NCBI GenBank assembly: GCA_963703315.1
Contig: OY969811.1
Span: 2,464,001 to 2,528,000, forward strand
Origin: an uncultured cyanobacterium
GTDB taxonomy: Bacteria > Cyanobacteriota > Cyanobacteriia > Pseudanabaenales > Pseudanabaenaceae
DNA: 64,000 nucleotides
Direction: 5' to 3'
Of the stretch, positions 46,534-56,775 are shown in pieces (positions within the stretch are counted from its first letter, which is position 1; each line of letters begins with the position of its first letter). Below the pieces are notes generated by a model, which was not told the DNA's origin, made no database searches, and worked only from the letters and a program-made list of their open reading frames with translations. A program made the translations under genes and the position numbers.

Positions 46534-47490
46534 CTACACTGCGTGTTGACGATACCAAGCGATCGTCTGGTTTAACCCTTGTCGAAAATCTACCTGTGCG
46601 GTGAACCCAAAAGCTTGTTTAGCTCGCTCAACGTCAAGACAACGACGAGGCTGACCATTGGGCTTGTCGGTTTCCCAAACAATTTCACCCTCGTAACCCA
46701 TTAATTCAGCAATTAAATGGATTAAGTCTTTGATCGAAATCTCCGAACCTGTACCAATATTTACTGGTTCAGATTCGTTGTAGTTTGCAGCCGCAAGGAC
46801 AATGCCCCTTGCAGCATCTTCAGAATAGAGAAATTCTCTAGTTGGTGTACCATCGCCCCATACAGAAATAGTGCGATCGCCCCTTTGCTGCGCCTCATAA
46901 ACCTTACGAATCAAAGCAGGAATTACATGGGAACTACGAGGATCAAAATTATCATCAGGTCCATATAGGTTCACGGGCAGAAGATAAATGCCATTAAAAC
47001 CATATTGCTGTCGATAGGATTGCAACTGCACTAGCAAAGCTTTTTTGGCAACACCATAAGGAGCATTAGTAACTTCAGGATAACCATTCCACAGATCAGT
47101 TTCCTTAAATGGAATCGGGGTAAAGTTAGGATAGGCACAGATTGTACCAAGGCAGACAAATTTCTGGACACCCGCTTTATAGGCAGAATGAATTAACTGC
47201 ACACCCATCATTAAGTTGTCATAAAACAATTCGGCGGGCTTTTCGCGATTAAGTCCAATGCCACCCACATGAGCCGCAAGGTGAATAATCAGGTTCTGCT
47301 CTTGAACGACTTTTTCACAAACAGCTAGCGATCGCAAATCATGATCTTTTGAGCGAGGCACAGTGATTAGCTCTGGGTTAGCACCTGCGGCGACTAATTG
47401 CGCGACTACTTGCTTACCTAAAAAGCCTGCCCCGCCAGTTACGAGGATTTTTTGATCCTTAAATTGCTGTGTTGATAGATTCTCTGACAT
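46534..47490 (-). CDS. fcl: GDP-L-fucose synthase
   Basis: [52 protein letters not shown]. Confidence 0.93.
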   Translation of the reverse strand: MSENLSTQQFKDQKILVTGGAGFLGKQVVAQLVAAGANPELITVPRSKDHDLRSLAVCEKVVQEQNLIIHLAAHVGGIGLNREKPAELFYDNLMMGVQLIHSAYKAGVQKFVCLGTICAYPNFTPIPFKETDLWNGYPEVTNAPYGVAKKALLVQLQSYRQQYGFNGIYLLPVNLYGPDDNFDPRSSHVIPALIRKVYEAQQRGDRTISVWGDGTPTREFLYSEDAARGIVLAAANYNESEPVNIGTGSEISIKDLIHLIAELMGYEGEIVWETDKPNGQPRRCLDVERAKQAFGFTAQVDFRQGLNQTIAWYRQHAV

Positions 47491-47519
47491 GGAATTTTTT
47501 TAATTATCTTAATTGGTTT

Positions 47520-47711
47520 TACAGTACTTTGCATTGAATTAAAAACAATATTTTTATTAAAACCATTACTTTAGAACATCTTTAATAAAAATACTGTATA
47601 GCCATAGCCAAGTAAGTTAGGATATAAAACCCGAAAGAGAGTTGCAGCGCAAAGCGCTGCAACTCTCTTTTGATTTTTGTTTTTTTCCTAACATAAATGG
47701 CTACCGCTATA
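47520..47711. repeat. Two adjoining TA-bounded mini-elements
   Basis: TACAGTA...TACTGTA (47520-47598) shares its terminal TA with TATAGC...GCTATA (47597-47711), which contains AAAGAGAGTTGCAGCGC-AAA-GCGCTGCAACTCTCTTT. Confidence 0.7.
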
Positions 47712-47742
47712 GTTTGTTTGTTTGAAAGCAAAGTGTTGCAAA

Positions 47743-49464
47743 CTACAAGCACTTGCCATCGATTAACATTTTTTCAAATTCGGGAGCAGGCAATGGTGGA
47801 CTAAAGAAATATCCTTGCATTTGATCACAACCATGCTCTTTTAAAAAATGAATTTGGTCAAGAGTTTCGACACCTTCAGCAACAACTTCTAGCGACAAAC
47901 TATGGGCAAGATCAATAATTGCTAGAGAAATCGTGGCATCATGGCGATCGGTAGTTACATCTTGAATGAAACAACGATCAATCTTCAGAGTATTCACTGG
48001 AAAATGCTTGAGATAGCTGAGAGATGAATAGCCTGTACCAAAGTCATCGATCGCAATCTTTACGCCAATTGCCTGTAATTGAGTCAAAACGCTAATGGTA
48101 AATTCTGCGTTTTGCATAATGATACTCTCGGTGAGTTCGAGTTCTAAATGACTTGGCTCGGTAGCCGTTTCTTGTAAAATTCTAGCAATGACTTCAATCA
48201 GATTGTTGTCTGGACGAAAATGCTGACCTGATAAATTAACTGCGATAAATCCATAAGTGATGCCTAATCCTCGCCACGATCGCATTTGTTCGCAAACGGA
48301 CTGAAGAATTAACTCACTTAGTCGCAAAATTAATCCTGTTTGCTCAGCGACGGGAATAAATTTGCTCGGCATAATGATACCGAGATCAGGATGTTGCCAT
48401 CTAGCTAAGGCTTCTGCACCAACGATTTTACCTGATTGCAAATTGACTAGAGGTTGGTAAAAAACTCTAAATTCGTTACGATCAATGGCTCGATGTAGGC
48501 TATTTGCTAAAGCCATATATTCTGAAGATTGCACATTGAGTTCAGAACTGTACAATTTGTAGCTATTTCTGCCATGAGTTTTAGCATAGTACATGGCTAA
48601 TTCAGCATTTTTTACTAGTCCTTCTGCTTCTTGATGATCATCAGGAAAAATAGTGATACCAATGCTACTAGTAATGAATACCTCATGCCCGTATAAATTG
48701 TAAGGGCGACTCAATAAATCCAAGATTTTTTGAGTTTCCATTCTGACACTATTAGTATCGATGACATCAGAAATAATCATGGCAAACTCATCACCTTGAA
48801 TCCGCGCTACGATGTCACAGGGAGCAGTGTAGCGTCTTAGTCGTTCCGCGATCGCCTTAAATAATTGATCTCCAATATCATTACCAAGAGTGTTATTAAT
48901 GATATTAAAGTTATCCATATCTAGAAATAACAAAGCTAGGGCTTTTTTATTAATCTTTGCGTGCAGTACGGCTTGGTTTAAGGACTCATGAAAAAGAATG
49001 CGATTTGGGAGTTGAGTTAAACCATCGTGGTGTGATAAGTACTCAAACTTTTCACCTACGGCTCTGATTTCATCGTAGTAATGTTCTTTTACGGAGTTAT
49101 ATTTCTGCAATCGTGAAGCGATCGCTCCCAACAGTTCCTCAGAAGTAAACGGCTTAGTGAGGTAATCATCTGCACCTAGTTGCATAGCTTGACGCATATC
49201 AACTTTCTCAGTCATTGCCGTCAAAAATATAAATGGAATCATTGAGGTGGTTGGTTCTTGTCTCAACGCCACCAAAGTACCGTAACCATCTAGTTCTGGC
49301 ATCGCAATGTCACAGATAACTAAATTGGGTAAGTAGGTTTTGGCAATCTGTACACCGACGACTCCATTCTCTGCACCTAGCACATCAAATCCTTCGTAGG
49401 AGAGAGTCTCCATAATCTCTTCGCGCAAAGCTTCTACATCTTCGATGACTAGAATTGTCGTCAT
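47743..49464 (-). CDS. Response regulator with GGDEF and EAL domains
   Basis: REC (VIED, CDIAMP, YLTKPF); GGDEF motif reads QGDEF; EAL domain with AEALARW, ELELTES and DDFGTGYSSL intact. Confidence 0.93.
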   Translation of the reverse strand: MTTILVIEDVEALREEIMETLSYEGFDVLGAENGVVGVQIAKTYLPNLVICDIAMPELDGYGTLVALRQEPTTSMIPFIFLTAMTEKVDMRQAMQLGADDYLTKPFTSEELLGAIASRLQKYNSVKEHYYDEIRAVGEKFEYLSHHDGLTQLPNRILFHESLNQAVLHAKINKKALALLFLDMDNFNIINNTLGNDIGDQLFKAIAERLRRYTAPCDIVARIQGDEFAMIISDVIDTNSVRMETQKILDLLSRPYNLYGHEVFITSSIGITIFPDDHQEAEGLVKNAELAMYYAKTHGRNSYKLYSSELNVQSSEYMALANSLHRAIDRNEFRVFYQPLVNLQSGKIVGAEALARWQHPDLGIIMPSKFIPVAEQTGLILRLSELILQSVCEQMRSWRGLGITYGFIAVNLSGQHFRPDNNLIEVIARILQETATEPSHLELELTESIIMQNAEFTISVLTQLQAIGVKIAIDDFGTGYSSLSYLKHFPVNTLKIDRCFIQDVTTDRHDATISLAIIDLAHSLSLEVVAEGVETLDQIHFLKEHGCDQMQGYFFSPPLPAPEFEKMLIDGKCL

Positions 49465-49600
49465 AATGGCATTTATTTCTCTATCAGGACTCTAGCACTA
49501 ATACCAAAACTAAAAATGGCTACGCCATTTTTAGTTTTGAAAACCCTTACTAGATTGGGTTTTTAATTCGTAAAAGTATTGTCACATTTTTACGAATTGG

Positions 49601-49937
49601 TATAGCAAAGCAAGAGTTGGTTAGTACAACCCACATTCCGCTCGTAATGGAGGCCTAAAAATATTTACAACGAGACAATGAGGGTTTCAGCGATTTTCTG
49701 GAAAATTAATGATAATGACTCCTATTAGTACGTCATTATTGACAATATTAAGATAGTGTTATTTTTCTGACGAAAGCCCAAAATACTTACTGTATAAGGA
49801 TTTGTTTTCTAAATATTTTTTTCAGTAAAATAAGAGCGGAATGTGGGGTACAAACTAAAACTCAAGAAGAGAGTTGCGGCGCGGAGCGCCGCAACTCTCC
49901 TTCTGGTTTTGTGTCCTAGTCAAAACTTTTTGCTATA
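49601..49937. repeat. TATAGC-bounded hairpin mini-element interrupted by a MITE
   Basis: After removing 49630-49853 it aligns by eye with the reverse complement of 55161-55265. Confidence 0.8.
49630..49847. mobile_element. 218-bp MITE with 14-bp terminal inverted repeats and 6-bp target duplication
   Basis: CCCACATTCCGCTC (49630-49643) and GAGCGGAATGTGGG (49834-49847), flanked by GTACAA at 49624-49629 and 49848-49853. Confidence 0.88.
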
Positions 49938-50028
49938 TATAAGGAATTGCAATGAAATCAAGCATTGATTTTTTGTAACATGGCGAAGCCGCACCACAAA
50001 AAATCGGATTCTTTATCCATTTTAACTT

Positions 50029-52857
50029 TTAGCGTGAGATTGGTAGCTTTACCTTGACGGTTGTCCCCTTATTTTCAACACTGATTAGTTGAATTGTACC
50101 GCCAAGAATATCCGTTGAGTTTTTAATAATTGCCATTCCTAATCCTGTTCCTGCAATCATCCCTACGTTGTGAGCGCGATAAAAATGCTCAAAGATTTTC
50201 TCTTGATCACTTGGGGGAATACCAATGCCTTGATCTTGAAATTCTAATAAAAGCTTGGGAACGCGATCGCTTGTTTGAGAAATCGTAAAATTGACTTCAT
50301 TAGCATTGGGAGAATATTTAATTGCATTTGATAACAAATTAGCAATAATTTGCCTAAGAAACTTGACATCAATGGCTATGCGCGATGGCGCATTGATATT
50401 TTTAAATATTACTTGATGCTTACCACTTCCTAATAACTTAGCCTGTTCAATTAATTCTAAGCAGAAATTTTCTAAATTAATTTCTTCTAACCGTAATTCA
50501 AATCTCCCAGATTCACTTTTACCAATGATTAAAACCTCTTCTAATAGATTAGTCATGGCTTTAACTTCGCGCTGAATTTTATCAATGCGCTCTAGTTTTT
50601 TGTCATCTGACATTTTATGTCCATAGTTCCGTAGCAAATCACTTGCAGTTTGAATTGTAGCTAGGGGAGTCCGAAATTCATGGGAAGCTCTGGAAATAAA
50701 CTGAGATTTTAGCTCGTTGAGTTCTTTCTCTTTAAGTAATGCTCTCTCTAATTGACTAAGACTTTGCTCTAGTTGTTGAGTGCGATCGGCAACTTGTCGT
50801 TCGAGATTTTTATTAAGATCTTGTACCCGTTCAAATAATTTAACTTGTTGAATGGCGATCGCAACGTGGTTAGCTAATTGTCTAAGTAGATCAATTTCAA
50901 AGCTTTCCCATTGGCGCGGGACAAAACATTGATGGGCAATTAATAAACCCCATAATGTATCACCAAAAGAAATAGCAGCAACGATATTTGCTTTAACTTG
51001 AAAACATTGCAAAAGTTCTTTATGGCAAGGACTAATTTCGGCAAGCTCAATATCATTAATACTAGAAATAGCTCGAATTTGATATTGTTGTATATGATCT
51101 TGATTGAAACATGAGTCATTAATTGTTTTCCCAAGAATTGATAAAGCTGGATCATTGACTGCTTCAACCACAAATTTGCCAGTCCAATCTTCTTGAAACT
51201 GATAAATAACCACACGATCAATTCGTAATAACTCTTGAGCTTCTTTAACGGTAATTGCTAATATTTGATCGAGATTTAGTTCGCGTTGGATTTTAAGTAA
51301 AATTGCATTTAATAAGCGTTCACGCTCGCTTTGATAGCGCAGTTGAGTTTCTACTTTCTTGCGATCGGTAATGTCATAATAACTACTCAAATACATCCGC
51401 TTGCCCTTGTATGCCATGATTCTGGTAGAAACTAAAACATCTTTAAAAGTGCCATCTTTATGACAGATGCGAGTTTCTACAGTCATTGCTTGACCAGTCT
51501 CTTGAAGCTGCTGCAATCTTAAGAGGGCTTTGTCATGTTCAAAAGCATCAGGATACAAAAAATTTGTAAAATCGTGGCTAGCATTTGCTTCCCCAAAAGT
51601 ATATCCCGTCAGGTTTTCCATGCCAGCATTAAAAATTGCAAAATAGCCTGAATCATCACTAAAAGTAATACCTTCTTTGATGGATGTAAGTACCGTCCGC
51701 AACCGCTCTTCACTTTCTAGTAATCTTTGGGTTGACTTTACTTGATCGGTAATATCCGTTTGAATGCCGATGTAGTTAGTAAGTTCGCCATGTTCATTAA
51801 AAACGGGTGCAATGTATAAATCATTCCAAAATGGTGTGCCATCTTTGCGATAGTTCAGCAAAACCGCATGACATTCTCGCTTTTCTTGAATTGCTTGTCT
51901 TAAGTCTAACAGTCCGATCTGATTGCGATCGCCCCCTTGTAAAAATCGGCAATCACGTCCAATTGACTCCGCCGCACTGTAACCTGTGATCCGCTCAAAG
52001 CTAGGATTGACATAAATCATCGGATTATTGGGCTGAGTCGCATCGGTGATCACAATGCCATTAGAGCTAGCCGCGATCGCCCGTTCTCGCAGTTGTAAAG
52101 ACTCTTCCACTCGCTTGCGTTCAGAAATATCTCGCAACGAAGCAACCACATAGACCATCCGATCATCATCAATTGCTTCAGAAACGCGCATTTCTGCCGA
52201 GGTAGTACGACCTCGGTTAATAATGTCAATATCGGTACTTTCCCCTGAAACCATTGGTAGACCGAAGGTTTCACCAACGATATGTTCAGCTTTACATCCA
52301 AATAAATTTTCGGCTGATTGATTGACATAGCGCACTACCCCTTCATGATCGACTACCACAAAAGCATCAGAAACTTTGCTGACCAGATGACTGAATTTTT
52401 TGTGATCGATTTCCTGTAAATCAGACTGAGAGAGAGCTAGATTTGTAATATCCTGACAAGTCCCAACAATCTGCGGCGAATGATCATCGTTGCTATAGTT
52501 TTTTAGAGATAATGAAACTGAAAGTAATCGATTTGTTACCAAGTCAAGTTTTTTTTTAAACTTCACAACTTGGCGAGTTTGGAGGCATTGATAGATGTGA
52601 TGTTGTAATGAATCGGCAAATTCTAGAGGTAAGCATTCTTTAGGCTGTAAACCAACACAATTGACTGTTTGATCGATGCTCCGTTCACCAAAAACAAGAT
52701 GTACAAAACTAAGATTGGCGATCGCAAATCTCAGCGTTAATTCTTGATTATTTACATCTATTGGTAAGTTTGGTTCATTTGCCTCAATGTCCAGAACAAA
52801 TATTCCGCATTGAATGTGATCTAGGATATTTTGCATAGTCGCCAAAGCCTCTATCAA
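50029..52857 (-). CDS. Multi-sensor histidine kinase: PAS domains, LOV-type PAS, cyanobacteriochrome GAF, HisKA, HATPase
   Basis: GRDCRFLQG...NYRKDGTPFWN...GIQTD; GAF with DRVVIYQF, NDSCF, PCH, LWGLLIAHQC; ASHEFRTPL, NLLSNAIKYS, DQGIGI, GTGLGM. Confidence 0.92.
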   Translation of the reverse strand: MIEALATMQNILDHIQCGIFVLDIEANEPNLPIDVNNQELTLRFAIANLSFVHLVFGERSIDQTVNCVGLQPKECLPLEFADSLQHHIYQCLQTRQVVKFKKKLDLVTNRLLSVSLSLKNYSNDDHSPQIVGTCQDITNLALSQSDLQEIDHKKFSHLVSKVSDAFVVVDHEGVVRYVNQSAENLFGCKAEHIVGETFGLPMVSGESTDIDIINRGRTTSAEMRVSEAIDDDRMVYVVASLRDISERKRVEESLQLRERAIAASSNGIVITDATQPNNPMIYVNPSFERITGYSAAESIGRDCRFLQGGDRNQIGLLDLRQAIQEKRECHAVLLNYRKDGTPFWNDLYIAPVFNEHGELTNYIGIQTDITDQVKSTQRLLESEERLRTVLTSIKEGITFSDDSGYFAIFNAGMENLTGYTFGEANASHDFTNFLYPDAFEHDKALLRLQQLQETGQAMTVETRICHKDGTFKDVLVSTRIMAYKGKRMYLSSYYDITDRKKVETQLRYQSERERLLNAILLKIQRELNLDQILAITVKEAQELLRIDRVVIYQFQEDWTGKFVVEAVNDPALSILGKTINDSCFNQDHIQQYQIRAISSINDIELAEISPCHKELLQCFQVKANIVAAISFGDTLWGLLIAHQCFVPRQWESFEIDLLRQLANHVAIAIQQVKLFERVQDLNKNLERQVADRTQQLEQSLSQLERALLKEKELNELKSQFISRASHEFRTPLATIQTASDLLRNYGHKMSDDKKLERIDKIQREVKAMTNLLEEVLIIGKSESGRFELRLEEINLENFCLELIEQAKLLGSGKHQVIFKNINAPSRIAIDVKFLRQIIANLLSNAIKYSPNANEVNFTISQTSDRVPKLLLEFQDQGIGIPPSDQEKIFEHFYRAHNVGMIAGTGLGMAIIKNSTDILGGTIQLISVENKGTTVKVKLPISR

Positions 52858-52971
52858 ATATCGCAGCTATATTGCTTGAAAAGCTCGCGAGGTAAAAGTT
52901 TATGCCCCGATCATTTAAGCTTTCACACCTCAACTATAATGGCGATCGCCATACCCTTACATTAAATTTTT

Positions 52972-53166
52972 ATGAACTTAACTCTCTCGGTTCCTTCCAT
53001 TGGTTGCGCTAGTTGCATCGAAACTATTACCAAAGCGATTCAATCTGTCGATGCATCGGCAATAGTTACGGGTGACGTTCCTGCCAAATCTTTAGATATC
53101 GAAAGTCAATTAACTGAAGTTAAGCTTCGGGAAATAATTGTAACCGCAGGTCATAAACCCGCTTAA
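52972..53166 (+). CDS. Heavy-metal-associated (CopZ/Atx1-like) chaperone
   Basis: 64 aa; IGCASC metal-binding motif; ends AGHKPA. Confidence 0.85.
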   Translation: MNLTLSVPSIGCASCIETITKAIQSVDASAIVTGDVPAKSLDIESQLTEVKLREIIVTAGHKPA

Positions 53167-53195
53167 AGTAAGGCGTTGCTAAGCAACGCTTTACT

Positions 53196-53708
53196 TTAAA
53201 GATCGCAATACTCGCCCCTAGGTGTATTAAAGTCCCCTGACTTGCCCCCACTTTTATGGATCAATCTTGTGTTTGAGATGATCATCGTCTTTTCGAGGGA
53301 CTTTGCCATGTCGTAAATGGTGAGAGCTGCGATCGTCGCGGCAGTTAGAGCTTCCATCTCCACTCCAGTCTCAGCTTTAGTTTTGACCTCTGCTTCGATC
53401 TGATAACCAGGAATATTTTCATCTAGCATAATCCTGACATCCACATTAGTTAAATTAAGTGGATGACACATAGGTATGAGATTGGCTGTTTGTTTCGCTG
53501 CCATAATTCCTGCTAGTCTTGCTGTACCTAAAACATCTCCTTTAGGTAAGTTTCCTGCTTGAATGGCATCCAACGTTGTTGTTTGCATGGATATTTCGCA
53601 TATAGCGATCGCCCGTCGTACCGTTTGCGGCTTGTGAGTCACATCCACCATCTGAGCCTTACCACTTTGATCCAGATGAGTGAGTGACTGAAGAGTATCC
53701 GTATCCAT
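53196..53708 (-). CDS. moaC: Cyclic pyranopterin monophosphate synthase MoaC
   Basis: [42 protein letters not shown]. Confidence 0.95.
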   Translation of the reverse strand: MDTDTLQSLTHLDQSGKAQMVDVTHKPQTVRRAIAICEISMQTTTLDAIQAGNLPKGDVLGTARLAGIMAAKQTANLIPMCHPLNLTNVDVRIMLDENIPGYQIEAEVKTKAETGVEMEALTAATIAALTIYDMAKSLEKTMIISNTRLIHKSGGKSGDFNTPRGEYCDL

Positions 53709-53727
53709 ATAAAAAATTACCTGAATT

Positions 53728-54294
53728 ATGACTGAGACTGCGAAGATCGATTTTTATATCAATAGCCTTGAGCAAACCCAAGCGATCGCTATCCAACTTG
53801 CCCAACTAGTTCCCGCAGGTACAATTATGCTGCTGGAAGGTAATCTTGGTAGTGGCAAAACCACTTTTATGCAAGCTTTTGGTCATGCTCTTGGCATTAG
53901 CACAACGATCACTAGTCCCACATTTACATTGATTGATGAATATACCGAGGGGCAATTGCCCCTATATCATATTGATCTCTATCGCCTAGAGCCATCTCAA
54001 GTTCCTAGTTTGCACCTAGAAGAGTATTGGCGAGGTGAAGATTTTCCGCTTGGTATTGTAGCGATCGAATGGGCAAGTAAATTAATAAATATGCCGCCAC
54101 ACTATCTCAAGATCAACCTCTCAGTACCCAGCCCAACATCTCTATTGAGTGAAAAAGATCTCAATCATCATCTAGATGATGAATTTGTAGAAGACTTGCC
54201 CAGCGATCGCCTAATTCAACTAATAGCGCAAGGCGCAATCTATATTGAGATTCTTAAGCAACTCCAACGTAAAATGGCGGCTAAATTTGCTTAA
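53728..54294 (+). CDS. tsaE: tRNA threonylcarbamoyladenosine biosynthesis ATPase TsaE
   Basis: [30 protein letters not shown]. Confidence 0.93.
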   Translation: MTETAKIDFYINSLEQTQAIAIQLAQLVPAGTIMLLEGNLGSGKTTFMQAFGHALGISTTITSPTFTLIDEYTEGQLPLYHIDLYRLEPSQVPSLHLEEYWRGEDFPLGIVAIEWASKLINMPPHYLKINLSVPSPTSLLSEKDLNHHLDDEFVEDLPSDRLIQLIAQGAIYIEILKQLQRKMAAKFA

Positions 54295-54470
54295 CTGTTT
54301 TTATCTTGATGGTCAGATAAATCTGTTTCACCATGCCCCTTAACTTCATCTTGAAAACCTCGCAACGCTTGTCCAACACTGCGACCAATTTCAGGGATAC
54401 GCTTAGCCCCAAAAATTGCCACACCCACAAGCGAAATTACAACTAACTCTGGCCAACCAATTCCAAACAT
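54291..54470 (-). CDS. tatA: Twin-arginine translocase TatA/TatE subunit (59 aa, not in the ORF track)
   Basis: Manual translation MFGIGWPELVVISLVGVAIFGAKRIPEIGRSVGQALRGFQDEVKG...; RBS GAGGAG upstream. Confidence 0.92.
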   Translation of the reverse strand: MFGIGWPELVVISLVGVAIFGAKRIPEIGRSVGQALRGFQDEVKGHGETDLSDHQDKNS

Positions 54471-54548
54471 TTTTCTTTCATCTCCTCAAATGCATCTGCT
54501 ATTCTTTTATTCTCTACGCAAATGACAAATAAGCGAATCTAAAAAATA

Positions 54549-55076
54549 ATGGAATCAACCATTACTTGGACACTGGGTAGTAATGATCCTGATGCCGAAG
54601 CAAATCTTGCTCGCATCGCTCAATGGTGGGCAGCCCTTGCGAATCAGGAAATCATTTGGCAACAACGTCCCTTAAATGAGAATACAGACCGATCTGCGAT
54701 CGATTGGAGTAAACAAGCACTCGATGAAACCTTTGTAGTGCAATCTCCTTCACTGCGGGGGATTACCCTCTATTGGTACAAACCTAGCAGTCCAGACGAA
54801 CGCAATATCACCGTCAACTACCTCCAACTAGATCTCTTTAATCAACAGTTAGACATATTGCCATCGTCAGGCAAAAATTATCAACTTCGCATTACCCTGC
54901 CGAAGATTGTCTACCAAAAAATCCAAATCACCGATCCCCAATTTGGTAGCATCCTTCAACCCAATGGCGATGCAGTCATCCTGTTTCGCGATGAAAAGCA
55001 GCGTCTAGAAATTCAAGTTGATTTAAGTGCCGTAAACGCCGCACTACTTCAACAAAAGTTATCATCCTCACAGTAA
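54549..55076 (+). CDS. Hypothetical protein
   Basis: 175-aa ORF filling the gap with normal codon style; no motif recognised. Confidence 0.7.
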   Translation: MESTITWTLGSNDPDAEANLARIAQWWAALANQEIIWQQRPLNENTDRSAIDWSKQALDETFVVQSPSLRGITLYWYKPSSPDERNITVNYLQLDLFNQQLDILPSSGKNYQLRITLPKIVYQKIQITDPQFGSILQPNGDAVILFRDEKQRLEIQVDLSAVNAALLQQKLSSSQ

Positions 55077-55160
55077 GTACCGTGCATCACAGGCATAGTG
55101 AATAATTAGTGGTGCTGGCTTTGCCGCACACCATTAATTATTCACTTTATAAATAACACC

Positions 55161-55265
55161 TATAAAAAAAAGTTTTGCTTACCCAGAAAGAGAGTGGCGG
55201 CGCGGAGCGCCGCCACTCTCTTTCTGGGTTTTAGTTTGTACTAGCTAACTCTTTTTTTTGCTATA
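55161..55265. repeat. TATA-bounded hairpin mini-element (uninterrupted copy)
   Basis: CCCAGAAAGAGAGTGGCGGCGC-GGA-GCGCCGCCACTCTCTTTCTGGG; closely related hairpins at about 21405-21451 and 49868-49899. Confidence 0.8.
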
Positions 55266-55396
55266 TTCTTTCAGTGGAAAAGGAGTAGTCTTAGTTAATA
55301 TTAGTGAAGTACGGAATATCTTAATGAAATCTAACCTATGCTTTGCCCTATGATTTGTGCATATTTGGCAAACAAATTTGACTTGCGGGTAAATCT

Positions 55397-55882
55397 ATGG
55401 CACTTCAAGAACTCCCACCTCCAATTAGTCCCCGTCAGCTAGATATTCTTCGTGCAGTTGCCGCAATGGCTTGGGCTGATGGCAAACTGGAACCCGATGA
55501 AATACGTCTAATGCTTGATGAATTTGCCGTACTCTTTTCTAAGACTGATGCAGAGCAAAGCTCCCTAAAAACCAGACTTAAAGAATACTTAGGGCAAAAT
55601 ATTCCCTTAGAAGAAGTTGTTCCTAACATCAAAAGTATTGAAGATCGCAAGCTAACCCTAAAACTTGGATATCAAGTCATCCAAGCCAGCCGTCGTAATC
55701 CTGATGAGCCACTTGTCAATATTGATGAAGCTGCTGCTTATCAAAGATTAGTCAGGATTTTAGATCTTCCTCCCCAAGTCGTAGCGGATATTGAAGCATC
55801 GATTATCCCACCCGACGAATCTCAGCCTAACGGCATAATTAAAGCATTAGCATTTAGACTGCATAAATTACTGAGTATTTAG
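55397..55882 (+). CDS. TerB-family (tellurite resistance-like) protein
   Basis: LRAVAAMAWADGKLEPDE motif typical of the TerB fold. Confidence 0.78.
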   Translation: MALQELPPPISPRQLDILRAVAAMAWADGKLEPDEIRLMLDEFAVLFSKTDAEQSSLKTRLKEYLGQNIPLEEVVPNIKSIEDRKLTLKLGYQVIQASRRNPDEPLVNIDEAAAYQRLVRILDLPPQVVADIEASIIPPDESQPNGIIKALAFRLHKLLSI

Positions 55883-56007
55883 GAACTGATGTGATTTTCC
55901 TAAGTTTTTATGCTTAGAATCAACAATTCTCGTCACAAACTCAGTATAGAGTGATAAATTACAGCGAAGATTTACAATAAAAATTTTAAGGTCTACGAGC
56001 AGCTACT

Positions 56008-56700
56008 ATGCGGGATGGAACTGATCTTCAGCAAAAAATTATGTCTGCCCCATTTTTTATGGGGCTGCCTGATGAGGCAGTGATAAGGGCTACTGCCCAC
56101 ATGGTGACGCGCTCTCACCCAGCCGATCAAGTAATTTTGCTAGAAAACGATTGGGGTAATTCGGTTTACTTCATCTTGAGCGGCTGGGCAAAAATTCGTA
56201 CCTACAATCTTGATGGCAAAGAAATCACCCTCAACATCTTAGGCTTTGGTGAAATGTTTGGCGAAATGGCTCCACTTGATCAAGTACCACGCTCAACCGA
56301 TGTCATCACCCTTACTCCGACAACTATTGGTAGCCTTCCTGCTTCTGATTTTGTGCATCTGATCGAAACAGAGCCAACCGCAGGAATACATCTAGCAAGG
56401 CTCATGGCTAAACGTTTACGTCAAGTTAATCGTCGATTGCGCTTGCGTGAAGCTGATAGTACTTCTCGTGTTGCTGATGTTTTACTCTTCTTGGCAGAAG
56501 GTCAAGGAACTAAGGTGAATACTGGATTAGAAATTCCGAATTTACCTCATCGTGAACTTAGTAGTCTGAGTGGTCTGGCTAGGGAAACTGTAACTCGCGT
56601 ATTAGGTAAGCTAGAACGTAAAAACTTGATTCAGCGTATTCCCGATCGCGATGTGTTGTGCATTCTTAATCCTGAAGGATTAGAAGCATTAATGGTTTAA
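56008..56700 (+). CDS. Crp/Fnr family transcriptional regulator
   Basis: cNMP-binding-like FGEMA...PRSTDV; HTH LSSLSGLARETVTRVLGKL. Confidence 0.92.
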   Translation: MRDGTDLQQKIMSAPFFMGLPDEAVIRATAHMVTRSHPADQVILLENDWGNSVYFILSGWAKIRTYNLDGKEITLNILGFGEMFGEMAPLDQVPRSTDVITLTPTTIGSLPASDFVHLIETEPTAGIHLARLMAKRLRQVNRRLRLREADSTSRVADVLLFLAEGQGTKVNTGLEIPNLPHRELSSLSGLARETVTRVLGKLERKNLIQRIPDRDVLCILNPEGLEALMV

Positions 56701-56775
56701 ATCAATGGGTGACGCAAAGCGATACCTGTTGATCTGTTATTATTAGGCTCGTTATTTGGTAGGTAAAAAGTATAA

